DNA of 34,871 bases from a virus. The stretch is taken from the UHGV virus genome UHGV-0126185. One strand, 5' to 3'. Of the stretch, positions 7,891-16,648 are shown piece after piece. The notes beneath the pieces are model-generated. The model was not told the DNA's origin and ran no database searches. It saw only the letters and a program-made list of their open reading frames with translations. How positions within the stretch are numbered: position 1 is the stretch's first letter; every line of letters begins with the position of its first letter. The translations under genes were made by a program, and so were the position numbers.

Positions 7891-8943
7891 ATGAAAAATA
7901 CTGTAAAAATAAACAGTGTTGAATTAATCAACGCTGATAGCCTGCATTACGTCGCCACCCTCCCGGATAACTCTATTGATCTGATAGTTACGGATCCGCC
8001 GTACTTCAAAGTGAAGCCCAACGGCTGGGACAATCAATGGAAGGGGGACGAGGACTACTTACGCTGGCTTGATAGCTGTCTGGCTGAGTATGCTCGCGTT
8101 CTTAAACCTGCTGGTAGCATTTACCTGTTTTGTGGTCACCGACTGGCCTCAGATATAGAGATTATGATGCGTGCCCGGTTCAACGTTTTGAATCACATAA
8201 TTTGGGCAAAACCATCGGGCCGCTGGAATGGATGTAACAAAGAAAGCCTGCGTGCGTACTTTCCATCTACGGAACGGATTTTGTTTGCTGAGCACTATCT
8301 TGGGCCGTACACAGGTAAAGAGGATGTTTACGAAAGGAAAAGCACAGAGCTAAAGCAGCACATTATGACGCCGCTGATTGATTACTTCCGTAATGCCCGT
8401 GAATCACTGGGTGTCAGCTCGAAAGAAATAGCTGAGGCAACCGGCAAGAAAAACATGGCGTCACACTGGTTTGGTGCAAGCCAATGGCAACTACCAAATG
8501 AAGTGGACTATAGAAAGTTGCAGGAACTGTTCACGCGGATCGCTATCGATAAGCACATTCAGCAGAAGCTTGAACATCCTCACCATCAGCTGGTGGCTAC
8601 CTACCAGTCATTAAACCGCAAGTATTCAGAATTGCTGGAGGAATACAAAACCCTCCGGCGCTGTTTCTCTGTTTCCGCTCTTGTTCCGTATACCGACGTA
8701 TGGACGCATAAGCCTGTTCAGTTTTATCCGGGCAAACATCCATGCGAAAAACCTGCCGACATGCTGAAGCAGATCATTAGCGCCAGCAGCAGGCCGGGGG
8801 ATATCGTTGCCGATTTCTTTATGGGCTCTGGTTCAACTGTGAAAGCAGCAATAGAACTTGGCCGTCGGGCGATCGGCGTAGAACTGGAGGAAGACAGGTT
8901 TATACAGACCACCGAAGAGGTGGAAAAACTGAAAAAATCATAA
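7891..8943 (+). CDS. DNA methyltransferase (N6-adenine/N4-cytosine family, DPPY motif)
   Basis: 350 aa; catalytic motif IV DPPY (LIVTDPPYF) near the N-terminus and AdoMet-binding motif I near the C-terminus (DIVADFFMGSGST); no restriction endonuclease partner visible. Confidence 0.85.
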   Translation: MKNTVKINSVELINADSLHYVATLPDNSIDLIVTDPPYFKVKPNGWDNQWKGDEDYLRWLDSCLAEYARVLKPAGSIYLFCGHRLASDIEIMMRARFNVLNHIIWAKPSGRWNGCNKESLRAYFPSTERILFAEHYLGPYTGKEDVYERKSTELKQHIMTPLIDYFRNARESLGVSSKEIAEATGKKNMASHWFGASQWQLPNEVDYRKLQELFTRIAIDKHIQQKLEHPHHQLVATYQSLNRKYSELLEEYKTLRRCFSVSALVPYTDVWTHKPVQFYPGKHPCEKPADMLKQIISASSRPGDIVADFFMGSGSTVKAAIELGRRAIGVELEEDRFIQTTEEVEKLKKS

Positions 8944-9088
8944 CGATCACCACGCTTCTCCGTTGCTGTGGTGATCACCATCTTCAGGCACCGGGAATCA
9001 TCCTTAATTTTTACTTGAACATAAGATCCCGGTTGCCTGATCCCCTTCAATCACACACAGCGCCATCCGAACTATCGGAGGTGAGGCT

Positions 9089-9367
9089 ATGACCAGAATG
9101 AGCACCATTTACAGCAGACTTTCATATGGAACAGGAACCACGCTGACCGGCTGCGGTGTATCAGCGAAGGCATATGCCGAAACAGCTAAAACAGCAAAAG
9201 AGGTGTCCTGGATGTTGGCCGACAGAATTGCAGGGTTAAGCCTGAGCGACTGGGCAATTATTGTCGGTATCTCATGCACTGTTATCACCTGTGCAGTGAA
9301 CTGGTACTACAGGAAAAAGGAAAGGGAGGACCGGCTTAATGGCAATGTCACCAAAGCTGAAGAATAG
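9089..9367 (+). CDS. holin (pinholin-like, phage 21 S21-type), dual-start motif
   Basis: 92 aa; resembles the phage 21 pinholin as I recall it (YGT...[12 protein letters not shown]...[10 protein letters not shown]); MTRM N-terminus gives two in-frame Met starts; 3' end overlaps the SAR endolysin gene. Confidence 0.6.
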   Translation: MTRMSTIYSRLSYGTGTTLTGCGVSAKAYAETAKTAKEVSWMLADRIAGLSLSDWAIIVGISCTVITCAVNWYYRKKEREDRLNGNVTKAEE

Positions 9368-9911
9368 CGTTATTGCAGCTATACCCGCTGGCGCTATTGC
9401 TATCGCAGCGGCGTTGATTATTGGTCCAACGGGTAATGATGGCCTTGAAGGAGTGCGCTATCAGCCTTATCGGGATGTTGTTGGGGTGTGGACGGTATGC
9501 TACGGGCACACTGGCAGCGACGTCAAAATCGGGAAGACGTACACCGAGACAGAGTGTGCCATTCTGCTCACAAAAGATCTGAATACCATCGCACGTCAGA
9601 TTGACCCCTACATCAAGGTTCCGATCCCGGCAACAATGCGGGGTGCACTTTACTCATTCGCGTACAACGTCGGTGCTGGCAACTTCAAAACCTCCACGCT
9701 GCTACGCAAAATCAACCTGGGCGACACAAAAGGGGCTTGCGAACAATTACGGCGCTGGACATATGCCGGTGGCAAACAGTGGAAGGGGTTAATCACCCGG
9801 CGTGAGATTGAGCGTGAAGTTTGTCTGTGGGCTGAGAAATCACAAAATCTGAGTGATGGATATGAGCCGCTTAACCCAGGCATTCCAGTATCAGTTTCGG
9901 GGGTATTTTGA
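9339..9911 (+). CDS. SAR endolysin (lysozyme with signal-anchor-release domain, R21-like)
   Basis: 190 aa; N-terminal Gly/Ala-rich SAR helix ([17 protein letters not shown]) followed by [28 protein letters not shown]; close resemblance to phage 21 R endolysin; catalytic Glu/Asp/Thr positions present. Confidence 0.85.
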   Translation: MAMSPKLKNSVIAAIPAGAIAIAAALIIGPTGNDGLEGVRYQPYRDVVGVWTVCYGHTGSDVKIGKTYTETECAILLTKDLNTIARQIDPYIKVPIPATMRGALYSFAYNVGAGNFKTSTLLRKINLGDTKGACEQLRRWTYAGGKQWKGLITRREIEREVCLWAEKSQNLSDGYEPLNPGIPVSVSGVF

Positions 9912-10444
9912 TGAACCCGAAACACCAGATTGTTGTTGGGTTGCTGCTGGTGGCCGTCGCATTCATCGCCGGCAGTGTATGGAGCAGTCGCGGGTGGGAA
10001 AAAAAGTGGGCGGAACGTGACAGCGTGGAATCATCGCAAACAGCGAACGCACAGACCGCTGCCCGCATGATTGAACAAGGGCGCATTATTGCCCGTGATG
10101 AGGCTGTAAAAGATGCACAAGCGCAAGCCGCTAAATCTGCTGCCACTGCTGCTGGTCTGTCTGCCACTGTTAGCCAGCTGCGCACCGAAGCAACAAAACT
10201 CGCTACCCGCCTGGACGCCGCAAAGCACACCGCAGATCTTGCCGCTGCCGTCAGAAGCAAAACAACCGACGCCGACACCAGAATGCTCGCCGACATGCTC
10301 GGAGATATTGCAGCAGAAGCTAAACGTTATGCTGGAATCGCTGACGAACGCTACCGTGCCGGAATGACATGTGAACGCATTTACGATTCGGTGAGACAGT
10401 CGAATAACGGGAAGTGGCAAAAAGCGGGGACGAATCCCCGCTAG
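9908..10444 (+). CDS. Rz: i-spanin (Rz-like)
   Basis: 178 aa; N-terminal transmembrane segment ([14 protein letters not shown]) then a long Ala/Gln-rich coiled-coil periplasmic domain; follows the endolysin with an ATGA overlap. Confidence 0.75.
   Translation: MMNPKHQIVVGLLLVAVAFIAGSVWSSRGWEKKWAERDSVESSQTANAQTAARMIEQGRIIARDEAVKDAQAQAAKSAATAAGLSATVSQLRTEATKLATRLDAAKHTADLAAAVRSKTTDADTRMLADMLGDIAAEAKRYAGIADERYRAGMTCERIYDSVRQSNNGKWQKAGTNPR
10113..10367 (+). CDS. Rz1: o-spanin (Rz1-like lipoprotein) embedded in the +1 frame of Rz
   Basis: 84 aa wholly inside Rz in another frame; signal peptide with lipobox LLASC, proline-rich mature region; classic embedded Rz/Rz1 architecture. Confidence 0.7.
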   Translation: MHKRKPLNLLPLLLVCLPLLASCAPKQQNSLPAWTPQSTPQILPLPSEAKQPTPTPECSPTCSEILQQKLNVMLESLTNATVPE

Positions 10445-10447
10445 CTG

Positions 10448-10663
10448 TTAGCCAACTTTGCGATAAGGGTAGCCAGCTTTTTTGATGTGGGCATCAAAAT
10501 ACTGACCTTTTGACGGTGCATTCATTAGCGCTGTGTGCACGGCAGAAGGAACCCGAGAGTATTGATAAATGCCACTGCTATGGAATGCAATTTCCAGCGT
10601 TGAAGTGGCCGGGTCATAACCTACTGATTGGAGATTTGAAGATGAAACAGGTTGACGAATCAA
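10448..10663 (-). CDS. KTSC domain protein
   Basis: 71-aa minus-strand ORF whose pattern (SSNLQSVGYDPATSTLEIAFHSSGIYQYSRVP...A.SKGQYF...IKKAGYPY) matches the KTSC domain seen in small phage proteins. Confidence 0.55.
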   Translation of the reverse strand: MIRQPVSSSNLQSVGYDPATSTLEIAFHSSGIYQYSRVPSAVHTALMNAPSKGQYFDAHIKKAGYPYRKVG

Positions 10664-10812
10664 AGCAGTTTCCTCGTTTGAATGGGAAAAGTCCCGAGGA
10701 AATCGTAGAGCTATTCAAAGGGTATAACTTTGTCGACGATCATGGTCATCGACTGGATATGTGCCAGGACTTCATTGACTTAGTAGAGATGGCGACCGAA
10801 ACAGATAAGTAG
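10642..10812 (+). CDS. small hypothetical protein (about 56 aa)
   Basis: ATG at 10642 preceded by ggag RBS; acidic protein-like sequence; 22-nt antisense overlap with the 5' end of the KTSC gene. Tentative. Confidence 0.3.
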   Translation: MKQVDESKQFPRLNGKSPEEIVELFKGYNFVDDHGHRLDMCQDFIDLVEMATETDK

Positions 10813-10913
10813 CCATTCCAAAGCTCATCTGCGGATGGGCTTGATAATTGTGACTCCCAAGTCAAACCCGTGATTGTGGTAAAATTTAAAAAATCATCAA
10901 CACGGGGGTTACC

Positions 10914-11153
10914 ATGGAAAATTGTACGATTTCGTTACGTGTTACGCCTGGAATCAGAGTGAATGCTTTACGTATAAAAGAGGAAAACGGCGAAGTAAAT
11001 TACTTCATTGGCAGGGGGCCTGTGTCAGAAATGATTTTCCCTAAAATTCCCTTAGGAGCACTCCTCGATGTTGATATCGACTCTAATGCAAACATTCGCC
11101 TTATGTATCTCGGCTATGAAAGTGAAGACTACATCTTAACGAATGACTTCTAG
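10914..11153 (+). CDS. hypothetical protein (AT-rich cargo gene)
   Basis: 79-aa ORF with lower GC than the backbone; RBS-like gggggtt before the ATG; terminator follows; no recognisable motif. Confidence 0.45.
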   Translation: MENCTISLRVTPGIRVNALRIKEENGEVNYFIGRGPVSEMIFPKIPLGALLDVDIDSNANIRLMYLGYESEDYILTNDF

Positions 11154-11202
11154 AAGACGCATACAAGACCGTCTAAAGGCTATTTTTCATTGCCATCGCA
11201 AA

Positions 11203-11228
11203 GGCCACCTTCGGGTGGCTTTGTTGTT
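11203..11228. terminator. intrinsic terminator between convergent genes
   Basis: Hairpin gccacc-ttcg-ggtggc followed by TTTGTTGTT; lies between the + strand 79-aa gene and the minus-strand 143-aa gene. Confidence 0.5.
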
Positions 11229-11266
11229 GCCATCACCATGGGCAGACCCATCGTGATGGCTTTAAT

Positions 11267-11698
11267 TTATAGAAGTTGGGCTTTAACAGCGGCTTTGACC
11301 AACTCGTCCATGAAGTGATTTTCGAGGTTGTCAGCATAATCAATAGAGATTGATGGCGCCTCTGGCCTGCTTGGGATAGTCATCGTATTATCGCTATCGA
11401 TGTGGAAAACAGCAAACTTGATAATATCGTCCTTCTGCTTGATGCAGAAGGCTATTTCAGCTATCGGCTGATTTCCTATGAACTTAATCTTCGTCTTACT
11501 GAAGCAGTGGAAATCGCATTGCGGAATATTAATCTCAAGCTCATCATTCTCCATCACAAAGGTGATCTCGCGATTAAGTGTTTTTGAACGACTCCAGTAA
11601 TTGTACACGCGGTCAAATAGGCATTTTTTCTTAAAAAGTATGTCTTCTCCCTGCAATCCCAGGGCTCGCGATAGTGTTGCAAATTTCAGTATTTCCAT
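11267..11698 (-). CDS. hypothetical protein (AT-rich minus-strand cargo gene, about 143 aa)
   Basis: ORF track gives 11267..11725, but the ATG at 11698 has a GGAG RBS 5 nt upstream on the minus strand; AT-rich; opposite orientation to the whole late operon; no recognisable motif. Confidence 0.5.
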   Translation of the reverse strand: MEILKFATLSRALGLQGEDILFKKKCLFDRVYNYWSRSKTLNREITFVMENDELEINIPQCDFHCFSKTKIKFIGNQPIAEIAFCIKQKDDIIKFAVFHIDSDNTMTIPSRPEAPSISIDYADNLENHFMDELVKAAVKAQLL

Positions 11699-11718
11699 AA
11701 TCACTCCATAGGTTTTAC

Positions 11719-12291
11719 ATGGCACTTACCGACAAACAGGATATGTTCTGTCGTGAGTACCTCATCGATTTAAACGCCACTCAGGCAGCGATTCGTGTGG
11801 GGTACAGCGCAAAAACTGCTAACCGTACCGCTACAAAATTGCTGTCAAAAGCTGTCATTCAAAACAGGATTGCTGAACTCAAAGCGAAGCGCAACGAGGA
11901 TGTGGGCATTGATGCCGATTATGTGCTTCGGCGCTTGGTTGAAATCGACCAGATGGATGTTCTGGATATCCTCAATGATGACGGCAGCCTTAAGCCGATC
12001 ACCTCATGGCCAAAGGCCTGGCGAATATCGCTAACCGGCCTGGACATCAGCACCACGATTCAGAACTTCGACGAGGAGACGGCGGAAACCATCCTCAAAA
12101 AAGTTAAGTGGCCTGACAAAGTGAAGAACCTCGAGCTACTCGGCAAGCATGTATGCGTCCAGGCGTTCAAAGAGCAGGTTGAACAGAAAGTCGTAGCGAC
12201 TCATAACGTCATGCTGGTGCCAACCAGCGACAACGTGGATAGCTGGGAAGCCGCAGCACAGAAACAGCAGAGCGAGGTTCTTGGTGGATGA
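11719..12291 (+). CDS. terminase small subunit
   Basis: 190 aa; N-terminus MALTDKQDMFCREYLIDLNATQAAIRVGYS is typical of terminase small subunits; immediately upstream of, and overlapping, the large subunit gene. Confidence 0.85.
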   Translation: MALTDKQDMFCREYLIDLNATQAAIRVGYSAKTANRTATKLLSKAVIQNRIAELKAKRNEDVGIDADYVLRRLVEIDQMDVLDILNDDGSLKPITSWPKAWRISLTGLDISTTIQNFDEETAETILKKVKWPDKVKNLELLGKHVCVQAFKEQVEQKVVATHNVMLVPTSDNVDSWEAAAQKQQSEVLGG

Positions 12292-13859
12292 ATTACAAAG
12301 CTGTCTGGAAACCTTTGCCGGGATCACAATCGCTCTCCCTTAGTTGCCCGTGTAACGAAATCCTCTACGAGGGAACACGCGGGCCGGGTAAAACTGCCGC
12401 TCAGTTAGCGCGCTTCCGTCGTCTCGTTGGCCTGGGCTATGGCTCGTTCTGGCGCGGCGTCATTTTTGATACCGAGTATAAAAACCTCACCGACATCATC
12501 ACCCAGTCAAAGCGTATGTACCGCCTGTTTAACGATGGGGCGCGCTATCTGGCGTCAGCATCTGAACTGCGCTGGGTATGGCCGACTGGCGAAGAGCTGC
12601 TCTTTCGATTCGGGAAAGAAGAGAGTGACTACTGGGACTACCACGGTCAGGAGTTCCCATTCATCGGATTCAACGAGCTGACCAAGCAGCAGTCTGCTGA
12701 GTTCTACGAAATGATGTTCTCCTGCCGACGCTCGTCGTTCCGGCCAGAGAATTACCCGCTGGATGATGGCTCGCTGCTTAAGCCGATCCCGCTGGAGACG
12801 TTCAGCACCACCAACCCGTTTGGCATCGGCCATACTTGGGTGAAGAAACGCTTCATTGAGCCAGCACCGCGCGGCACTATCATTCGCGAAACGCAGAAGG
12901 TGTTTAACCCGCAGACCGAACGCGAAGAGGATGTGACGCTGACGCGAGTGGCTATTCACGGCTCGTTCAAAGAGAACCCGTATCTCGATCCCCAGTACAT
13001 CGCAACGCTGATGGCCATCAAAGACCCTAATCGGCGCAAAGCGTGGGTAGAGGGCTCGTGGGATGTCACCAGCGGCGGACGCTTTGACCACCTGTGGAAT
13101 GCCTCACTGCACGTTATTAAGCCGTTCCGCATCCCGGATAGCTGGACGGTCGACCGCTCCCATGACTGGGGTGAGTCGAAGCCGTTTTCTAATCTCTGGT
13201 GGGCGCGCGCCGACGGTACCGCCGCAGAGTTGCCCGACGGTCGCCAGTTCTGTCCGCCTGCCGGGTCGCTGATCCTGATTGGAGAATGGTACGGCTGCCC
13301 GCCTGATGAGCTCAACAAAGGCCTGAACATGTCATCCACTAACGTCGCCAGAGGCGTGGCGTGGGTGGATAAACGGCTGGTGGGCGAGGAACTGGCAGAA
13401 CCCGAAGAGATAAAGCTCAACGGAATCACTCAGGGGCAACTGAACATCATGCCCGGCATCTGCAAGAAAATTGTTGCTGGCCCTGCTGACGGTGCGATCT
13501 ATAACACCGGCGATGATGAGTTATCTATTGCGCAGAAGATGGAATCACAGGGCGTTAAATGGGTTCCATCCAACAAGAAACCGGGATCGCGTGTGAACGG
13601 CGCGGCCCTGTTTGCTGACATGCTAGAGGCCGTCATTGAGGGCAAGAAGCTGGAATCTGGCACTCCTGAGAAGCCAGCATTCTACGTATTCGACTACTGC
13701 CGTGGATGGATAAGCCGCGTGCCGGTGCTCGTTCGCGACAGTAAGAACCCTGATGACGTTGATACCCAGCAGGAAGACCACGACTGGGATGGTACGCGAT
13801 ATGCCGTCCTGCATTCACCGCCGAAGAAAGTCGGCAAAGTCACCAACCTGAGGCTCTAA
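12288..13859 (+). CDS. terminase large subunit
   Basis: 523 aa; Walker A-like motif GTRGPGKT near the N-terminus, nuclease-like acidic C-terminal region; ATGA overlap with the small subunit. Confidence 0.9.
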   Translation: MNYKAVWKPLPGSQSLSLSCPCNEILYEGTRGPGKTAAQLARFRRLVGLGYGSFWRGVIFDTEYKNLTDIITQSKRMYRLFNDGARYLASASELRWVWPTGEELLFRFGKEESDYWDYHGQEFPFIGFNELTKQQSAEFYEMMFSCRRSSFRPENYPLDDGSLLKPIPLETFSTTNPFGIGHTWVKKRFIEPAPRGTIIRETQKVFNPQTEREEDVTLTRVAIHGSFKENPYLDPQYIATLMAIKDPNRRKAWVEGSWDVTSGGRFDHLWNASLHVIKPFRIPDSWTVDRSHDWGESKPFSNLWWARADGTAAELPDGRQFCPPAGSLILIGEWYGCPPDELNKGLNMSSTNVARGVAWVDKRLVGEELAEPEEIKLNGITQGQLNIMPGICKKIVAGPADGAIYNTGDDELSIAQKMESQGVKWVPSNKKPGSRVNGAALFADMLEAVIEGKKLESGTPEKPAFYVFDYCRGWISRVPVLVRDSKNPDDVDTQQEDHDWDGTRYAVLHSPPKKVGKVTNLRL

Positions 13860-13864
13860 CCCCC

Positions 13865-15268
13865 ATGCCTGATATTTCAACACCCAATCTGGACTATGGG
13901 AACATGGTTCAGGCGTGGGACATTAACGACGCCCTGATGGGCGGCACGCTGTACATGCGCCAGCTTGGTGAGGCATACCTGCCGCGTTGGCCGAAGGAAG
14001 ACAAAGAGGACTACAAAAAGCGCCTGGCGGTGGCTACGCTGCTGCCGGCGTACGAAGAGACGATTAACCAGAACGTTGGGCGCGTTTTTGCTGAGCCCAT
14101 TCAGTTGGGCGAGAATGTGCCGGACCAGCTCCGTGAGTTTGCGAAGAATGTGGATCTAGAAGGTAGTCGCCTTGATGTCTGGGCGCAGGCATTCTTCAGC
14201 CTGGCGATGCAGTATGGCCTGTCTCATGCGCTGGTGGACTATCCCCGGGTGGACGCCGAACAGGTTAAGACTAAGGCTGATGAAAAGGCCACTGGCGCAC
14301 GGCCGTACGTCACCATGCTCAATCCCCGCCAGGTGATTGGCTGGAAGTCGAAGATGGTCGGCGGCAAGGTCCAACTCACTGCGCTGCGCATCAAAGAGGT
14401 TGTGGTTGAAGATGGCGACGATTTCGGGCAAACCAAGGTTGAGCAGATTCGACTGCTGACGCCCGGGAAGGTGCAGATTTACCGCAAGGCCACTGGCGAC
14501 AATGCCCAGGCGAACTGGACGCTGCACGAAGAGTGGGAAACCTCCCGCAGGGATATCACTCTGGTCACGCTCTATACCAAGCGCACCGGGTTTATGTGCG
14601 GTTCTCCGCCGCTGCTCAACATGGCGTTGCTGAATGTGAAGCACTGGCAGAGTCAGAGCGAGCAGGACAACATCCTGCACGTAGCGCGCGTCCCACTGCT
14701 CACGGTATTCGGGCTGGAGGAGGGGCAGGAACTTGTAATTGGCTCATCCTCTGCGACTCAGTTCTCCGATCGACAGAAACAGGGGCTTGAATATGTGGAA
14801 CACACTGGAACGTCAATCAGTGCCGGTAAAGAGTCGCTAACCGACCTGGTGGAGCAGATGCGTCAGGCAGGCGCGAAGCTGCTGCGCACTGATAACACCT
14901 CAACCAAGTCCGTAGACCAGACCTCGGAAGAGAAAATGCAGGAACAGTCGCCGCTCTACACTATGGCAACCAGCCTGGAAGATGCGATCGACAACATCCT
15001 GCAAATTATGGCCGAGTACATCGGGGAATCTGAGGGTGGTAACGTCGATGTCCGCACCGAGCTGGATGTCGAGTCGAAAGAGTTCAATCCTCCTGCTGCA
15101 CTGGCCATTCAGTCGCTACGTCAGGGCGGTGACCTTCGCCGCATCGATGCGATTAAATCCCTGCAAAAACTCAACCTGATTGATGCCGATGCAGACCCGG
15201 AGAAGGTCCTGGACGAATTGCTGGCTGAATCATCGTCTCTGGATACCAGAACGTTAGACGAGGTATAG
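13865..15268 (+). CDS. portal protein
   Basis: 467 aa directly after the terminase large subunit; size and position canonical for portal; acidic C-terminus. Confidence 0.75.
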   Translation: MPDISTPNLDYGNMVQAWDINDALMGGTLYMRQLGEAYLPRWPKEDKEDYKKRLAVATLLPAYEETINQNVGRVFAEPIQLGENVPDQLREFAKNVDLEGSRLDVWAQAFFSLAMQYGLSHALVDYPRVDAEQVKTKADEKATGARPYVTMLNPRQVIGWKSKMVGGKVQLTALRIKEVVVEDGDDFGQTKVEQIRLLTPGKVQIYRKATGDNAQANWTLHEEWETSRRDITLVTLYTKRTGFMCGSPPLLNMALLNVKHWQSQSEQDNILHVARVPLLTVFGLEEGQELVIGSSSATQFSDRQKQGLEYVEHTGTSISAGKESLTDLVEQMRQAGAKLLRTDNTSTKSVDQTSEEKMQEQSPLYTMATSLEDAIDNILQIMAEYIGESEGGNVDVRTELDVESKEFNPPAALAIQSLRQGGDLRRIDAIKSLQKLNLIDADADPEKVLDELLAESSSLDTRTLDEV

Positions 15269-15269
15269 C

Positions 15270-16376
15270 ATGGTCCGCTCTGTCAATGACCGCCTGCAGG
15301 ACGAGACCATAGCGCATGGCCTGTATGTGACCCGCTATGGTAATGGCGTCGCCCGGCGCATGGTGGCGCTGCTGAGTAAGATGGATAATGACCTGGCGGC
15401 CAGGCTGCTGGTGCTGCTGGATGGCAAGCGCGCAGACACCTACAGTGCCCGCCGCCTGGCTTCGCTGCTGGCTGGCGTACGCGACCTGAACCAACAGGCC
15501 TATGAGCCAGTTAACGATGCGCTGGCGCGGGAACTGAGGCGCTACGTTGAGTATGAGGCCGGGTATCAGTTGGACCTGTTCAGCAGCATCATTCCGAAGC
15601 AGATCCTCACTCACGTTCCGCTTCAGAGCATTGCCCCCGAGCAGGTATACGCAGCAGCAGTGGCACAGCCCTTCCAGGGGCGCCTGCTGAAGGAGTGGGG
15701 CCAGAAGCTTGAAGCCGATCGGCTGGACAAAATCACCAACGCTGTGCGCTCCGGTTTCCTCCAGGGTGAAACGGTAGAGCAGATTGTCCGGCGCGTCGCT
15801 GGCACGCCGAATCTCAACCGTGAAGATGGGGTGATTCACGCTTCCCGGCGCGACCTTGCTGTGGTGACCCGTACGGCAGTGAACCATATGGCCGCCACGG
15901 CGCGCCAGGAGTTCGCCCAGACCAACAGCGATATCGTGAAGGCCAAGCAGTGGTCCTCAACCCTGGATACGCATACCAGCCAGTGGTGCATCATCCGCGA
16001 CCGCAAGCTCTACACGCTCGACGGCAAGCCGCTGGGGCATGTGGTCCCGTACCTGCGCGGTCCCGGCAAAATCCACTTTTGCTGCCGCTCCTGCGAAATC
16101 CTGATCACTAAATCGTGGGAGGAAATGCAAATAGCCTCAGGCGAACTGAGCAACGCCACGCGCGCCTCAATGGACGGACAGGTGCCAGCGCATACCAGCT
16201 ATGCCGAATGGCTCGTCAGGCAGCCGTACGCACGGCAGGAACAGGTGCTGGGCGTTACTCGCGTGCGGATGCTACGCGACGGCAAAATCACGGTGCCGGA
16301 GATGTTTAACGATGCCGGGGAATTTCTCACTCTGGATGAACTGCGCCGCGTGGATGCGTCGGCGTTTGAGGGTTAG
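15270..16376 (+). CDS. head morphogenesis protein (Mu F-like / SPP1 gp7-like)
   Basis: 368 aa following portal; conserved central region (VTRTAVNHMAATARQEF...) as in Mu F-family minor head proteins. Confidence 0.7.
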   Translation: MVRSVNDRLQDETIAHGLYVTRYGNGVARRMVALLSKMDNDLAARLLVLLDGKRADTYSARRLASLLAGVRDLNQQAYEPVNDALARELRRYVEYEAGYQLDLFSSIIPKQILTHVPLQSIAPEQVYAAAVAQPFQGRLLKEWGQKLEADRLDKITNAVRSGFLQGETVEQIVRRVAGTPNLNREDGVIHASRRDLAVVTRTAVNHMAATARQEFAQTNSDIVKAKQWSSTLDTHTSQWCIIRDRKLYTLDGKPLGHVVPYLRGPGKIHFCCRSCEILITKSWEEMQIASGELSNATRASMDGQVPAHTSYAEWLVRQPYARQEQVLGVTRVRMLRDGKITVPEMFNDAGEFLTLDELRRVDASAFEG

Positions 16377-16378
16377 CC

Positions 16379-16522
16379 ATGCAAAATGAGAAAGGCAAAA
16401 CTATCACCCTGACAGAGGCTGAGCGCAAATTCATCATGATTGCGATGATTGCCTATACCTTATCTGGTGAGGCGTCAGAAGAAGACGCAAAAATCGCAGA
16501 GCAAATAATCAATAAGCTCTGA
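16379..16522 (+). CDS. small hypothetical protein (47 aa) not in the ORF track
   Basis: ATG at 16379 with gaggg RBS 7 nt upstream; protein-like translation MQNEKGKTITLTEAERKFIMIAMIAYTLSGEASEEDAKIAEQIINKL; followed by a GC hairpin and T-run. Confidence 0.3.
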   Translation: MQNEKGKTITLTEAERKFIMIAMIAYTLSGEASEEDAKIAEQIINKL

Positions 16523-16543
16523 GCATTACAAAATTCAACTCAA

Positions 16544-16568
16544 GGCTGCCTTCGGGGGGCCTTTTTTA
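16544..16568 (+). terminator. putative intrinsic terminator
   Basis: GC-rich hairpin (ggctgcc ttcg gggggcc) followed by TTTTTT. Confidence 0.4.
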
Positions 16569-16648
16569 TGCCTGCCGCTAAGCGGATGCGACGCGGTGCC
16601 CGGGTCGGATGACCCATTACGTATGGCCGGAAGGCTGGAGCAAAAACA

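Noticed and set aside
10510-10641. Upstream extension of the + strand ORF at 10510..10812 to a 100-aa protein
   Set aside because: The first 44 codons run antisense through the better-supported KTSC gene and lack an RBS; only the part from the ATG at 10642 is kept.
15171-15887. 238-aa minus-strand ORF antisense to the portal and head morphogenesis genes
   Set aside because: Lies wholly antisense to two well-supported + strand genes in GC-rich DNA; Arg/Pro/Gln-rich translation. Shadow ORF.
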